Assembly: GCA_963840035.1 (NCBI GenBank) | Contig: CAWIXE010000001.1 | Span: forward strand, 1,152,001-1,216,000 | Direction: 5' to 3' | DNA: 64,000 nucleotides | Source: a candidate division FCPU426 bacterium | GTDB lineage: Bacteria; Oederibacteriota; PGYV01; Palsa-1178 | In this document: positions 19,787-30,184 of the stretch, in pieces | Numbering within the stretch: the stretch's first letter is position 1 | Layout of the letters: every line of letters begins with the position of its first letter | Translations under genes and position numbers: made by a program | Notes under the pieces: generated by a model | The model's input: only the letters and a program-made list of their open reading frames with translations | Told to the model about the DNA's origin: nothing | The model's database searches: none

Positions 19787-20566
19787 ATGAGAAAAGTATC
19801 GATTCCGTCCCTTATCTGGAGCGGTATCAAGCTTAATTTTCTGCAGGCTTCATGGAACTTTGAGCGGCTGCAGAACGCCGGCTTTTTATTCTCAATAATA
19901 AACCTGCTGCGCGGCATATATAAGGACGACAGGGAAAAACTTACGGCGGCGATAAAGCGCCACATGGTTTTTTTTAATACGCACATATTTTTCTCGGCGG
20001 CCGTGCTTGGAGTTATGGCGAGGCTGGAGGAAGAACTGCCTGACGACGACCCTAAGAAAAAGGACGCGGAAATCGAAAGCTCAAAGATGGGGATGATGGG
20101 GCCTCTGGCGGCAATAGGTGATTCGCTTTTCTGGTCGGGCCTGAAACCGCTGGCGCTTTTGACAGGTACAGGCATAGTATGGCTTTACAGGTTCAGCGTG
20201 GAAGGATGGCTCATCGCGTGCGGGGTATCTTTGTTGATATATAACGGGCCCAGGGTGGTAATAAAGTATTACCTTCTTATGAAGTCGTATTTTCAGTATA
20301 AAGAGCTTTTTGTCCTCATACAGAGGGTTAAATTTCAGGAAATAATGAAGTCCATTAAGGTGGCAGGCATGGGCATACTCGGGGCGGTCACGGCCCTGTA
20401 TTTTGCGAGGAAGGAACTTACTATTATTGACAAGCGCTGGCTTGATTCGGCATTTCTCTTTGCGGCGTTCTGGCTGATAACAGTGGCCTTAAGAAGGAAG
20501 AAGTCGGTATCATACATATTTTCCATGGTGATTTTCATATCCGTGGTCCTGGCTTATATTATATAA
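19787..20566 (+). CDS. PTS mannose-family EIID
   Basis: QASWNFERLQ, RH..FFNT, MGPLAAIGDS.FW. Confidence 0.93.
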   Translation: MRKVSIPSLIWSGIKLNFLQASWNFERLQNAGFLFSIINLLRGIYKDDREKLTAAIKRHMVFFNTHIFFSAAVLGVMARLEEELPDDDPKKKDAEIESSKMGMMGPLAAIGDSLFWSGLKPLALLTGTGIVWLYRFSVEGWLIACGVSLLIYNGPRVVIKYYLLMKSYFQYKELFVLIQRVKFQEIMKSIKVAGMGILGAVTALYFARKELTIIDKRWLDSAFLFAAFWLITVALRRKKSVSYIFSMVIFISVVLAYII

Positions 20567-20582
20567 CTAAAGGGAGAATGTC

Positions 20583-20855
20583 ATGGAGTATAAAAGGAAA
20601 GTGCTGATAGTAAATAACGCGGGGTTCCACCTAAGGGCCGTTGCCGTATTTGTCAAGGAGGCCGAGAAGTTCAAGTCGGACATAAAGGTGAAAAACGGGG
20701 AAATTGAGGCAGAGGGAAAGTCCATCATGGGCTTAACCACGCTTGGCGCGGGGAAAGGCGTGGAAATTGAGATTAAAGCCAACGGGCCTGACGCTAAAGA
20801 GGCCATTACAAGGCTCGCTAAAATAATAAGCGATAAATTCGGGGAGAAAGAATAA
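20583..20855 (+). CDS. ptsH: Phosphocarrier HPr
   Basis: GFHLR (His15 equivalent), KSIMG (Ser46 equivalent). Confidence 0.92.
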   Translation: MEYKRKVLIVNNAGFHLRAVAVFVKEAEKFKSDIKVKNGEIEAEGKSIMGLTTLGAGKGVEIEIKANGPDAKEAITRLAKIISDKFGEKE

Positions 20856-22603
20856 TGTACAGGGGGATTGCTGCGTCGCCGGGCATCGTCATAGGGCCGG
20901 CATATGTGCTTACAAAAAGGTCGGCTGAGATAAAGAAGGAAAACATACCGGCGTCAAAGGTGGAGGCCGAGGTAATACGGCTGAAAAACGCCGTTGAAAA
21001 GACGCGCATGGAAATACTTGTCATAAAGGAAAAAGTCATTCATGACATAGGAAACGCCGAGGCGGAGATATTTAACGCGTATCTCATGCTGTTATCGGAC
21101 CCGACTTTCGCGGGAAAAGCCGAAGATATGGTGAAAAAGCACGTAATCAATTCCGAGTACGCCTTCCACAAGGTACTTGATGACTACGCGGAATTTTCAA
21201 ACAGGATAGCGGACAGCTATTTAAAGGAAAGAAGCAGGGACATTAATTCCCTGGTGGATAAGATAATAAGGAACCTGGAAGGCTCCTCCGGAAGGTCTGA
21301 AGATGAGCCTGAGGAGAAATACATAATAATCGCGCAGGACCTATCCCCGGCTGATACGGCCGACATGGACAAGGACAGGGTGCTGGGTTTTGTGACGGAA
21401 ATGGGCGGGGCCACTTCGCACACAGCCATAGTGGCGCGGTCGCTTGAAATCCCGGCCATTGTGGGCGTCAGGGACATAACAAAAACAGCCAAGACAGGCG
21501 ACCTTCTTATCATTGACGGTGAAAAAGGGATTGTTGTGGTAAACCCCAACCCGAAAATACTGGCCGCTTACAAGGAAGAAAGAAAAAAGCACCTGCTGAA
21601 ACTGAGGATGTTAAAAAGGCTTAAAAAACTTGACGCGATTACCGGGGACAGGCACAAGATAGACCTGTCGGCGAATATTGAGTTTCCTGAGGAAGTCGGT
21701 TCGGTGCTTGAAAATAACGGCGAGGCAGTCGGGCTTTTCAGGACGGAATTCATATACATAAACAAATCAAACCTCCCGACTGAAGAGGAGCAGTTTGAGG
21801 CGTATAAGGCAGTGGTCCAGAAAATGAACCCGCGGCCGGTATGCTTAAGGACACTGGATATAGGAGGGGATAAATTTCTTCCGTATTTTAAGATACCGCC
21901 TGAACAAAACCCGTTCCTTGGGCTCCGGGCAATCCGGCTCACGATGGCAAACATAAATATATTCAAGCTCCAGCTGCGCGCCATACTGCGCGCGTCGGCT
22001 TTCGGAAAAGTTAAACTGATGTTTCCCATGATTACAGTACCGGAAGAGATAGAAGAGGCAAAGAAGATATTGGAAGAGGTAAAGAACGACCTGAAAAGGA
22101 AAGAGGTAAAGTTTGACGCGAACATGAAAGTCGGCGTCATGATAGAAGTCCCGTCCGCGGCGCTAATGTCGGATGAGATAGCCAAAAAGGTGGATTTCTT
22201 TTCCATCGGGACCAATGACCTGATACAGTATACAACGGCAACAGACAGGGGAAATGAGGCGGTATCGTACCTGTACGACCCGCTTAATCCGGCTGTTTTA
22301 AGGCTGATAAAGATGATCGCGACAAACGCCCATAAAAACGGCATAAAGGTTTCCGTATGCGGCGAGATGGCGGGCGAACCGCATCTGGCGTTCCTGCTCA
22401 TTGGCCTCGGCATAGACGAACTTTCAGTCAGCCCGTCCTCAATCCTTTCGGTTAAAAAACTTATCAGGTCCATAGATTTTAAGGACGCGCTTGAGATCGC
22501 GGACGCGGTTTTAAAGGAAGACAGGGGTACGGCCATAAAGGAAATAATACTTTCAAAACTCAACAGCATATTATATTCCAAGGAAAAGGGGAAAAAAGAA
22601 TAA
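20855..22603 (+). CDS. ptsI: PTS enzyme I
   Basis: GGATSHTAI, GLFRTEF, RTLDIGGDK, SIGTNDL, CGEMAG. Confidence 0.97.
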   Translation: MYRGIAASPGIVIGPAYVLTKRSAEIKKENIPASKVEAEVIRLKNAVEKTRMEILVIKEKVIHDIGNAEAEIFNAYLMLLSDPTFAGKAEDMVKKHVINSEYAFHKVLDDYAEFSNRIADSYLKERSRDINSLVDKIIRNLEGSSGRSEDEPEEKYIIIAQDLSPADTADMDKDRVLGFVTEMGGATSHTAIVARSLEIPAIVGVRDITKTAKTGDLLIIDGEKGIVVVNPNPKILAAYKEERKKHLLKLRMLKRLKKLDAITGDRHKIDLSANIEFPEEVGSVLENNGEAVGLFRTEFIYINKSNLPTEEEQFEAYKAVVQKMNPRPVCLRTLDIGGDKFLPYFKIPPEQNPFLGLRAIRLTMANINIFKLQLRAILRASAFGKVKLMFPMITVPEEIEEAKKILEEVKNDLKRKEVKFDANMKVGVMIEVPSAALMSDEIAKKVDFFSIGTNDLIQYTTATDRGNEAVSYLYDPLNPAVLRLIKMIATNAHKNGIKVSVCGEMAGEPHLAFLLIGLGIDELSVSPSSILSVKKLIRSIDFKDALEIADAVLKEDRGTAIKEIILSKLNSILYSKEKGKKE

Positions 22604-23463
22604 TGAAGATAAAAAAAGCCGTAATACCCGTGGCGGGCCTTGGCACCAGGTTCCTGCCTTACACCAAAGCCATTCCCAAGGAAATGCTACCGATTATCGA
22701 CCTGCCGGCCATTCACTTCATAGTAAAAGAAGCCATAGACTCAGGGATAGAATCCATACTTTTTATAACTTCCAAGGAAAAATACAGCATAGAGGATTAT
22801 TTTGACAGGAATTTTTATCTGGAATATTTTCTCAACAAAAATAAAAATGCAAAGGGTCTTGAGGAAATAAAAAGGATACCTGAGAATGTGAATATATTTT
22901 CCGTGAGGCAAAAAGAGGCCATGGGGCTCGGACACGCCATACTTCACGCCGAGGATTTCATAGGCAACGAGGATTTTGCCGTGTTCCTTCCGGATGACCT
23001 GATATTTTCGGATAAGCCGGTTATGAAGGAGATGATATCCATCCATGAAAAACACGGCAAGGGCGTCATCGCCGTTGAGGCTGTGGCAAAGGAAAAGATA
23101 AGTTCTTACGGCATAATTAAACCCAAAACCATATCAAAAAGGATATTTGAAGTGCTGGACCTGGCGGAAAAGCCCCCGGTTAAAAAGGCTTTTTCAAACC
23201 TCGGCATAGTGGGCAGGTATGTAATGCCGGCATCCATATTCACCTATATCAAGAACACAAAACCCGGGGCCAAGGGCGAGATACAGCTGACTGACGCGTT
23301 AAAGACCTTAATGACTGTTGAGGGGCTTCTTGCGCATGAATTTGAAGGCACCAGGTGCGACACGGGCGATAAATTCGAGTACATAATGGCCATATTAAAA
23401 TACGCCAGCATGCAGAAAGAATACAGGGACAGGCTTAAAAAAGAGATAAAAAAGATATTTTAA
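22603..23463 (+). CDS. galU: UTP-glucose-1-phosphate uridylyltransferase
   Basis: PVAGLGTRFLP.TKA.PKEMLP, GLGHA, GEIQLTDA. Confidence 0.95.
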   Translation: MKIKKAVIPVAGLGTRFLPYTKAIPKEMLPIIDLPAIHFIVKEAIDSGIESILFITSKEKYSIEDYFDRNFYLEYFLNKNKNAKGLEEIKRIPENVNIFSVRQKEAMGLGHAILHAEDFIGNEDFAVFLPDDLIFSDKPVMKEMISIHEKHGKGVIAVEAVAKEKISSYGIIKPKTISKRIFEVLDLAEKPPVKKAFSNLGIVGRYVMPASIFTYIKNTKPGAKGEIQLTDALKTLMTVEGLLAHEFEGTRCDTGDKFEYIMAILKYASMQKEYRDRLKKEIKKIF

Positions 23464-23497
23464 TAAAGCGTTTTTTGCTTCAACATTCGTGTCTGTC

Positions 23498-23612
23498 TGT
23501 CATTGCGAGGAGGCGTTTTTAGCACTCTGCCGACGAAGCAATCCTGTTGTTTTAGAGGGCGGAGCGAGATTGCTTCGTCACCATGGGGCAGAAACGGTTC
23601 CTCGCAATGACA
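23498..23612. repeat. Nested palindromic element (GTCATTGCGAG...CTCGCAATGAC type)
   Basis: Outer 14-bp perfect IR 23498-23511/23599-23612; inner 12-bp IR 23532-23543/23568-23579. Confidence 0.85.
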
Positions 23613-23669
23613 ACCTGTGATTATGCGGGTTTTATGAAATAAATTAAAATCGTATCAGGGAGGAATTTT

Positions 23670-24179
23670 ATGGTAAAAATGTTCGTTAATCTTTTAAGCA
23701 TCCTGAATTCAAACACGAAGCCGGGTGAAATTGCCCTTGGCGCGGTGCTCGGTATGTTTGCGGCTTTTATGATGCCGGCGCCTGTGGCCTTTTGGGGAAT
23801 ATTTTTAATAGCCCTGCTGCTCAACTGCAACTACTCATTCTTCCTTTTAAGTATCCTTATATTTAAAGGCCTTGCTTTCGGCATAGACCACATAGGCGAC
23901 AAGATCGGTTATGCCGTGCTTACGGCGCCGTTCTTTGAACAGCTGGGGTCAAAACTCATGGCAATGCCGGTGGTGCCGTTTTCCAAGTTTAACTATACCG
24001 TCATCATGGGGGATTTTATTATCGCGATAGTATTAACCCCGTTTGTCTGGATAGCAATGGCGGGGTTCGTGCCTTTTTACAGGAAGAACATGCAGGCGGC
24101 CGTGGATAAGTTTAAAATTGTAAAAATGGTAAAGATGACAAATTTCTATAAAATTTATGAAAACTTCAAGGGGGAATAA
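23670..24179 (+). CDS. TIGR03546-like membrane protein
   Basis: LNSNT.PGEIALG, P.VPF.KFNYTV.MG. Paired with the next gene. Confidence 0.75.
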   Translation: MVKMFVNLLSILNSNTKPGEIALGAVLGMFAAFMMPAPVAFWGIFLIALLLNCNYSFFLLSILIFKGLAFGIDHIGDKIGYAVLTAPFFEQLGSKLMAMPVVPFSKFNYTVIMGDFIIAIVLTPFVWIAMAGFVPFYRKNMQAAVDKFKIVKMVKMTNFYKIYENFKGE

Positions 24180-24180
24180 T

Positions 24181-26037
24181 ATGTTCAGAAAAAAAGGGCT
24201 CATATACGCCGGGATTATCCTGGCAATCATTATTATATTTGACGTTTTCTTTTTAAACTCCCTCGTGAAGGCGGCCCTCATTTGGCAGGGCAAAAGCCTT
24301 TTCATGGCAAAGGTAAGCATTGCCTCGGTTAAGATCGACCTGCTGAAGTCTAAAACCACAATAAAAGGGCTGGTTGTGGCTGACAGGAATAAGGAATTTA
24401 AAAATCTTTTTGAGACCTCCGAGATTACCGCGGATTTCATGTTCCTGCCCCTGCTGGAAAAAAAGTTCATCATAGACAATGTTTCGGTGATAAACCTCGC
24501 GGTTGGCACGGACAGGAAAGACTCCGGGTTCCTCGCGCCCGCTGACGCGAAAAAGATAGAAAAAGAAAAGAAAGACGCGAAAAACAGCTTCGCGGCCAAG
24601 CTGCTTGATAAGGCCGCTGACAAGGCCTCAAAAGAGATACAGAAGATGCCTGTGGCGAAATTGTCGGACCTAAAGGACGTCAAGAACCTGGATTATAAAA
24701 AGTATATTAATAAGGAAACGCTTGAGTCATATAAAGCCGCGGATTACGCCGCTAAAAACGTTACGGCCGCCAAAACAGCCGCTGAAGCCTCGATTAAAGC
24801 CGTGGACGCTGACGCCAAGTTAAAGGCAGTCCAGGAATCCATAAAGAAGGTAAAGGAAACAAAGATAGCAGGAGTGCAGGACCTGGCAAAAGGCCAGCAG
24901 GCTTTGGCGGAACTTGATAATATCAAAAAGACTGCGGACGAACTGACTAATAGCGTAAATAAAGCCAAAGACGACGTAAAGGCAGTGGCTGATGTAACAA
25001 AAGCCTCTTATGACGCAATTAACGAAGGCAAGGAAAACGACATAAAAAAAGTGATGTCAGCGGTAAATATAAACATTCTTGACGCCAAATCAGTTGAAAA
25101 AGCCCTCATAGGCCCTGTGTGGTATGACAAGGTAACCAGGATACTGCAGTATATTGACATGGCGAATAAATACATTCCCGTGATGAAAAAGAAGGATAAG
25201 AAGGCCACGGTGGTTAAAAGGGGCGTGGGAAGGGAAGTAATTTTCTCATATGACGCCAGGTATCCGGGATTCTGGATAAAAAAGATGGTCCTCTCTGTTG
25301 ACGGGAAAAACAACACTGCTGGTTATTTCATGCGCGGCGAGATAGACGACATCGCCATAGAGCAGGGGATTACAGGAAAACCGCTTAAGGTGTCGCTGCA
25401 GCTTGACAATCCTTCGCAGACAATTTCCGTAAAAGCATCCATATACCACGTGGAGGAGCGCGATGATTCCATAGTTGTTGAAGTGGCCAACCTGCCGGCG
25501 TCGGCAGCCGGGCTTAATAAGGTGGATTTCGGCGGCATCACCATACCAAAGGCAAAAACCGCGTACATGATAAAAGTACGCTCGACAGACGCGGCGCTGA
25601 CGGTTAACGGCGAAATAAGGGAAAAGGACGTGGAGTTCGCTTCCGCGGATAAGAACAACCTGACATACCAGGTGCTAAGCAATATTGACGCTTTCCAGAT
25701 AGATATCATGATGAGGGGCGCGGAAAAGGATTCATCCATCAGCGTCACATCGGACATAGGCGAGAGGCTGAAAAAAGCCGTGGATAAGATATACGGAAAG
25801 AAAGTGGCCGAAGCAAAAGCCGCCGTGAACAAGGCCATAGAGCAGGCGATAAAGGACAAGATGAAAGAGGTAACAAAACTGGCTGACGGAGCAAAAGCCG
25901 AAGCGGACAAACAGATAAAAGGGATAACGGACAAGATATCCGCCAACAATAAGGACATAGACAAAGCCAAGTCCGACATAACTAAAAAGATAGCCGGCGG
26001 CGGGACGAATAACCTGCTGAAAGGTTTATTTAAGTAA
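24181..26037 (+). CDS. TIGR03545-like protein (N-terminal TM, AsmA-like start, coiled coil)
   Basis: AKVSI..V, NLFE, PLLEKKFII, YP.FWIK. Follows the TIGR03546-like gene. Confidence 0.72.
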   Translation: MFRKKGLIYAGIILAIIIIFDVFFLNSLVKAALIWQGKSLFMAKVSIASVKIDLLKSKTTIKGLVVADRNKEFKNLFETSEITADFMFLPLLEKKFIIDNVSVINLAVGTDRKDSGFLAPADAKKIEKEKKDAKNSFAAKLLDKAADKASKEIQKMPVAKLSDLKDVKNLDYKKYINKETLESYKAADYAAKNVTAAKTAAEASIKAVDADAKLKAVQESIKKVKETKIAGVQDLAKGQQALAELDNIKKTADELTNSVNKAKDDVKAVADVTKASYDAINEGKENDIKKVMSAVNINILDAKSVEKALIGPVWYDKVTRILQYIDMANKYIPVMKKKDKKATVVKRGVGREVIFSYDARYPGFWIKKMVLSVDGKNNTAGYFMRGEIDDIAIEQGITGKPLKVSLQLDNPSQTISVKASIYHVEERDDSIVVEVANLPASAAGLNKVDFGGITIPKAKTAYMIKVRSTDAALTVNGEIREKDVEFASADKNNLTYQVLSNIDAFQIDIMMRGAEKDSSISVTSDIGERLKKAVDKIYGKKVAEAKAAVNKAIEQAIKDKMKEVTKLADGAKAEADKQIKGITDKISANNKDIDKAKSDITKKIAGGGTNNLLKGLFK

Positions 26038-26039
26038 TT

Positions 26040-26170
26040 AATTTTGAATTTTCAATTTTATATTTTCAATTGGAGATAATACCCGGTTGCCTTTATTCGA
26101 TGTTATTAAACTAACAGCATGTTGGCTATTTTACTATTAATTGAAAATATAAAATTCAAAATTGAAAATT
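26040..26170. repeat. Inverted heptamer-repeat element, family A, copy 2
   Basis: Arms 26040-26071 and 26139-26170, 30/32 inverted match. Confidence 0.88.
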
Positions 26171-26177
26171 ATCCCTA

Positions 26178-26205
26178 TTGATAAAAATCCGTAAAAGTGT
26201 ATAAT
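26178..26205 (+). promoter_or_regulatory. Sigma70-type promoter of polC
   Basis: TTGATA-16-TATAAT. Confidence 0.55.
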
Positions 26206-26266
26206 TTTTTAGCGGTAAATCCAGAATTTAGAATCCGGAATATAGAATACATTTAAAGGATATTAT

Positions 26267-29200
26267 ATGGCTTTCAGCTATAACCTTAACATAAACGATG
26301 AAGAGACAAAAACCGCCATTAAAGACTTATATGGGGCGGAATCCACGGATGAGTTCTTCTCATCTGTTAAGTTCAATTCCCTTGAGTTCGCAGACAATGA
26401 AAGCGGCGAGATACTCGTAAAAATGGACGTTTTTAAGCCGTTTAACACAGCCCAGCTCGAGAAATTCGGGGCCTATATCCTCAAATCAGCCAATAAAACA
26501 CCTGTATTCCGTTTTAATTTCTCTAAAGATATGAAACCAGCGGCTATTATAAGCTCTTTCTGGCCCTTTTTTAAGGAACTGCCGGGCGTTGAAAAGACGT
26601 GGCTTGATTACGCTGTGGCTGAAGAAAAAGATGGCGCTGTAGTCGTTAAATGTTTTACGGACCTGGCTTACACAAAAATAACGGAAAAGAAAGCAATTCA
26701 GCAGTTAAAGAAGAAAATGGCGGAGTTTGGCGGCGGGCCCGTGGAAGTTGCCGTTGAAGTGGCTGAAAAGACCGAGGCCGATAAGAAGCCGGTAAATATT
26801 GTAAGGACCATGGAAGTCGCGAAACCCAAAGTCCCGCCCAGCAAGATACTTAAGGATGAGGAAATACCCGGAGAAAAAATAGCCCTTGAGAATATACTGG
26901 GTAAGGGCAAGTATGTCATAGAAGGCAGGGTCTTTGTCGCGGATGAAAAGAAGTACTGGCGTGACATGCAGGGCAGGGAAGGCAATAACGCGAAAATAAT
27001 ATTTTTTTATATGACAGATGAAAAGGAAACCATAAAACTTTCATGCTGGCTTGATGATGATGACGGATTATTTAACGCGATAAAGGACATAAAATATGCA
27101 AGGGTCCTTATTGAGGCGGATTATTACCCCAATGAGATGGAGATAACCGGCAGGGTCAAGAAAATGCAGCTGACAAAAGAGCCGGTTATGGCTGATACGG
27201 CACCGGAAAAAAGGGTGGAACTCCACGCCCACACGCAGATGAGCGCCATGGACGCGCTTATGAGCGTGAAGCAGTACTTAAGGACAGCCGCGGCCTGGGG
27301 GCACCCGGCAGCCGCCATAACAGACCATGGAGTCGTGCACTCATACCCGGAAGCGTATCAGATAGTAAACGACAGGAAATCACCCCTCGCGCTGAAGCTG
27401 ATACTCGGCATGGAAGGCTATCTTATGGAACAGAACATTAAGATAGACAGGGAGGATAAGGATGGGGAAAAATTCACGGAAAAACCTTTTCATATGGTAC
27501 TGCTGGTAAAAAACAGCGCGGGCCTGCGCAATCTCTACAGGCTGGTATCGCTTTCGCACCTGGAGCATTTTTATAAGAAACCTAACATTCCCCGTGAACT
27601 TCTGATGAATAACAGGGAAGGGCTGCTCGTCGGGTCCGCGTGTTATTTGGGAGAGGTTTACCAGGCTATACTTAACAGGAAAACCCCGGAGGAAATAAAA
27701 CAGATAGCTTCGTTCTATGATTACCTTGAGATACAGCCAAATGAAAATAATAAGTTCTTAATCAGGTCGGGCAGGGTGGATTCAGAGGACAGCTTAAACG
27801 CCATAAACATGCAGATATGCGCCCTCGGCGCCGAACTGGGCAAGCCTGTGGTCGCCACCGGCGATGTGCATTTTTTAAAACATGACGATAAGATCTACAG
27901 GGAAGTAATAATGTCGGGCCAGGGATATGATGATATCGGAGATACGGGTACCGCGGACTTATCCTTCAGGACCACGGATAACATGCTAAAAGAATTCATG
28001 TACCTTGGTTCGGAAAAGGCCCATGAGGTCGTGGTGAAGAACACCAGGTTAATCGCGGACATGATAGAGGCAAACATCAGGCCTGTGCCCAAGGATTTAA
28101 ACCCGCCAACCATAGATAACTCGGACGATGAGATAAGGGACGCTTCATGGAACAGGGCCGCTGAGATATACGGAATAAACCTTCCTGAGATAGTCAGGGA
28201 GCGGGTGGACAGGGAATTAAACGCCATCATAGGAAACAAGTATTCGGTACTTTACCTGATCGCTAAAAAAATGGTGGAAAAATCCAACAGCGACGGTTAC
28301 ATCGTAGGGTCCAGAGGCTCGGTTGGGTCTTCAATGGTGGCGTTCCTTTGCGGCATATCAGAAGTAAACCCCATGCAGGCGCACTATGTGTGCCCCAAGT
28401 GCCAGCACAGTGAGTTTGTCCATACCGACCTGGTAGGCGTGGATCTGCCGGAAAAGGCCTGCCCCGTGTGCGATGAAAAGACCGTTAGGGACGGTTTTAA
28501 CATTCCTTTTGAGACATTCATGGGGTTCAAAGGCGAAAAAGTGCCTGATATAGACCTTAACTTTTCCGGGGAATACCAGGAAAAGATACATAAATTCATA
28601 GTCGAGCTTTTCGGTTCGGACAAGGTCTTCCGCGCCGGCACAATAGGCACCATACAGGAAAAGACCATAAAAAAGGAATACATACCCAAGTATGAGGAAA
28701 AGACCAAAAGAAAGCTAAAGGAAGCGGACAAGGAACGCGTGGCCAAGGGGTGCGCCGGGGTAAAAAGGTCCACAGGCCAGCACGCGGGCGGCATGATGCT
28801 TGTGCCTAAGGCAAAGGACATATACGATTTTACGCCGGTCCAGAACCCGCCTAATGATTTTCAGACAATTACAACGCATTTTGATTATGAATACATACAC
28901 GACGCGCTGGTAAAAATTGACGCGCTCGGACATGACCTTCCGACAAGCTTAAAAAGGATATGTGAAGAGTTAAAAATTAACGTAAATGACATACCCTTAG
29001 ACGACAAGGACACCATGAAGCTCTTTTCCGGGGTGTCGGTGCTGAAGGTGGACCCGAAGAATTATACGCCGCCCATAGGCACGCTTGGAGTGCCTGAGTA
29101 CGGCACCAGGTTTACCAGGGAAATGCTCGCTATGACAAAGCCAAAAACATTCAGCGAGCTTGTATATGTGTCGGGGCTCTCCCACGGCACTGATGTGTGG

Positions 29201-29980
29201 CGCGGCAATGCCGAGGACCTCATAAAGAATAAGACCGCCACGTTAAAGGAAGTCATATCCGTCAGGGACGACATCATGACCTTTCTCATAGGAAAAGGCA
29301 TTGCCAAGGACGTCTCTTTCCAGATAACCGAGAGCGTCAGGAAGGGCAAAGGCCTGACCCCTGAATGGGAAGACATCATGAAAAAACACAAGGTGCCCGA
29401 GTGGTACATAGCGTCGTGCAAAAAAATACAGTACATGTTCCCGAAGGCGCACGCGGCCGCCTATGCCATAATGGCATTCAGGATAGCCTACATGAAAGTG
29501 CACCAGCCCCTCTATTTCTATTCTGATTATTTTAACAGGGACAAAGAGGGTTTTGAATATGATTTCGCCTTCATGGACATGAAAAAACTCGGCCACGCCA
29601 AGCGCGAGCTTGAGATGAAGATGCGCGAGAAAAAGGATAAAAGGCAGAACGCCAAAAAGGAAGAGGACCAGATAGGGGTGGTGGAGGTCATACTGGAAAT
29701 GAAGGAACGCGGTTTTGACTTCCTTAACGTGGATATTTATACGTCCGACCCGTTCTTGTTTACGGTTGACTCGGGTAAAATAAGGCTGCCGCTGACGATC
29801 ATCCCGTCGCTGGGCGGCGTGGTGGCTGAAGCCATAGCAAAAGAGCGGGTTAAGGATAAATTCAAGTCCATAGAGGATATTATCAAAAGGACGAGGATAA
29901 ATAAAAACGTTGCTGAATTCCTGAAGCTAAACGACATATCAGGATCGCTGCCGAACTCGGATCAGACAGAGCTTTTTTAA
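26267..29980 (+). CDS. polC: DNA polymerase III alpha, PolC type, lacking the exonuclease insert
   Basis: N-terminal + OB region, PHP ELHAHTQMS, GSRGSVGSS, Zn finger CPKC..CPVC, IPFETF.GF.G.KVPDIDLNFSGEYQ, YMFPKAHAAAY, C-terminal Q.ELF. Confidence 0.95.
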   Translation: MAFSYNLNINDEETKTAIKDLYGAESTDEFFSSVKFNSLEFADNESGEILVKMDVFKPFNTAQLEKFGAYILKSANKTPVFRFNFSKDMKPAAIISSFWPFFKELPGVEKTWLDYAVAEEKDGAVVVKCFTDLAYTKITEKKAIQQLKKKMAEFGGGPVEVAVEVAEKTEADKKPVNIVRTMEVAKPKVPPSKILKDEEIPGEKIALENILGKGKYVIEGRVFVADEKKYWRDMQGREGNNAKIIFFYMTDEKETIKLSCWLDDDDGLFNAIKDIKYARVLIEADYYPNEMEITGRVKKMQLTKEPVMADTAPEKRVELHAHTQMSAMDALMSVKQYLRTAAAWGHPAAAITDHGVVHSYPEAYQIVNDRKSPLALKLILGMEGYLMEQNIKIDREDKDGEKFTEKPFHMVLLVKNSAGLRNLYRLVSLSHLEHFYKKPNIPRELLMNNREGLLVGSACYLGEVYQAILNRKTPEEIKQIASFYDYLEIQPNENNKFLIRSGRVDSEDSLNAINMQICALGAELGKPVVATGDVHFLKHDDKIYREVIMSGQGYDDIGDTGTADLSFRTTDNMLKEFMYLGSEKAHEVVVKNTRLIADMIEANIRPVPKDLNPPTIDNSDDEIRDASWNRAAEIYGINLPEIVRERVDRELNAIIGNKYSVLYLIAKKMVEKSNSDGYIVGSRGSVGSSMVAFLCGISEVNPMQAHYVCPKCQHSEFVHTDLVGVDLPEKACPVCDEKTVRDGFNIPFETFMGFKGEKVPDIDLNFSGEYQEKIHKFIVELFGSDKVFRAGTIGTIQEKTIKKEYIPKYEEKTKRKLKEADKERVAKGCAGVKRSTGQHAGGMMLVPKAKDIYDFTPVQNPPNDFQTITTHFDYEYIHDALVKIDALGHDLPTSLKRICEELKINVNDIPLDDKDTMKLFSGVSVLKVDPKNYTPPIGTLGVPEYGTRFTREMLAMTKPKTFSELVYVSGLSHGTDVWRGNAEDLIKNKTATLKEVISVRDDIMTFLIGKGIAKDVSFQITESVRKGKGLTPEWEDIMKKHKVPEWYIASCKKIQYMFPKAHAAAYAIMAFRIAYMKVHQPLYFYSDYFNRDKEGFEYDFAFMDMKKLGHAKRELEMKMREKKDKRQNAKKEEDQIGVVEVILEMKERGFDFLNVDIYTSDPFLFTVDSGKIRLPLTIIPSLGGVVAEAIAKERVKDKFKSIEDIIKRTRINKNVAEFLKLNDISGSLPNSDQTELF

Positions 29981-29992
29981 GGGCAATTAATT

Positions 29993-30115
29993 AAGGCAAT
30001 TACTAATTACCAATTACTAAGTTACCAATAAAGGTGCGTGATCGCGTTTTATTATAATAATGCGTGAAAACACTCCTTGATTCGTAATTAGTCATTATAA
30101 ATTAGTAATTGCCTT
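29993..30115. repeat. Inverted heptamer-repeat element, family B (AATTACT/AGTAATT)
   Basis: AAGGCAATTACTAATT / AATTAGTAATTGCCTT is a perfect 16-bp IR with 7-bp periodic arms. Confidence 0.8.
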
Positions 30116-30184
30116 TTATATTTTAATCACTATAATAATAACGGGATAAAATACGCGGGGATACCGCGATAAACGCAGGCGGAA

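Noticed and set aside
21568..22581. 337-aa minus-strand ORF
   Set aside because: Antisense to the well-supported ptsI, with no recognisable motifs.
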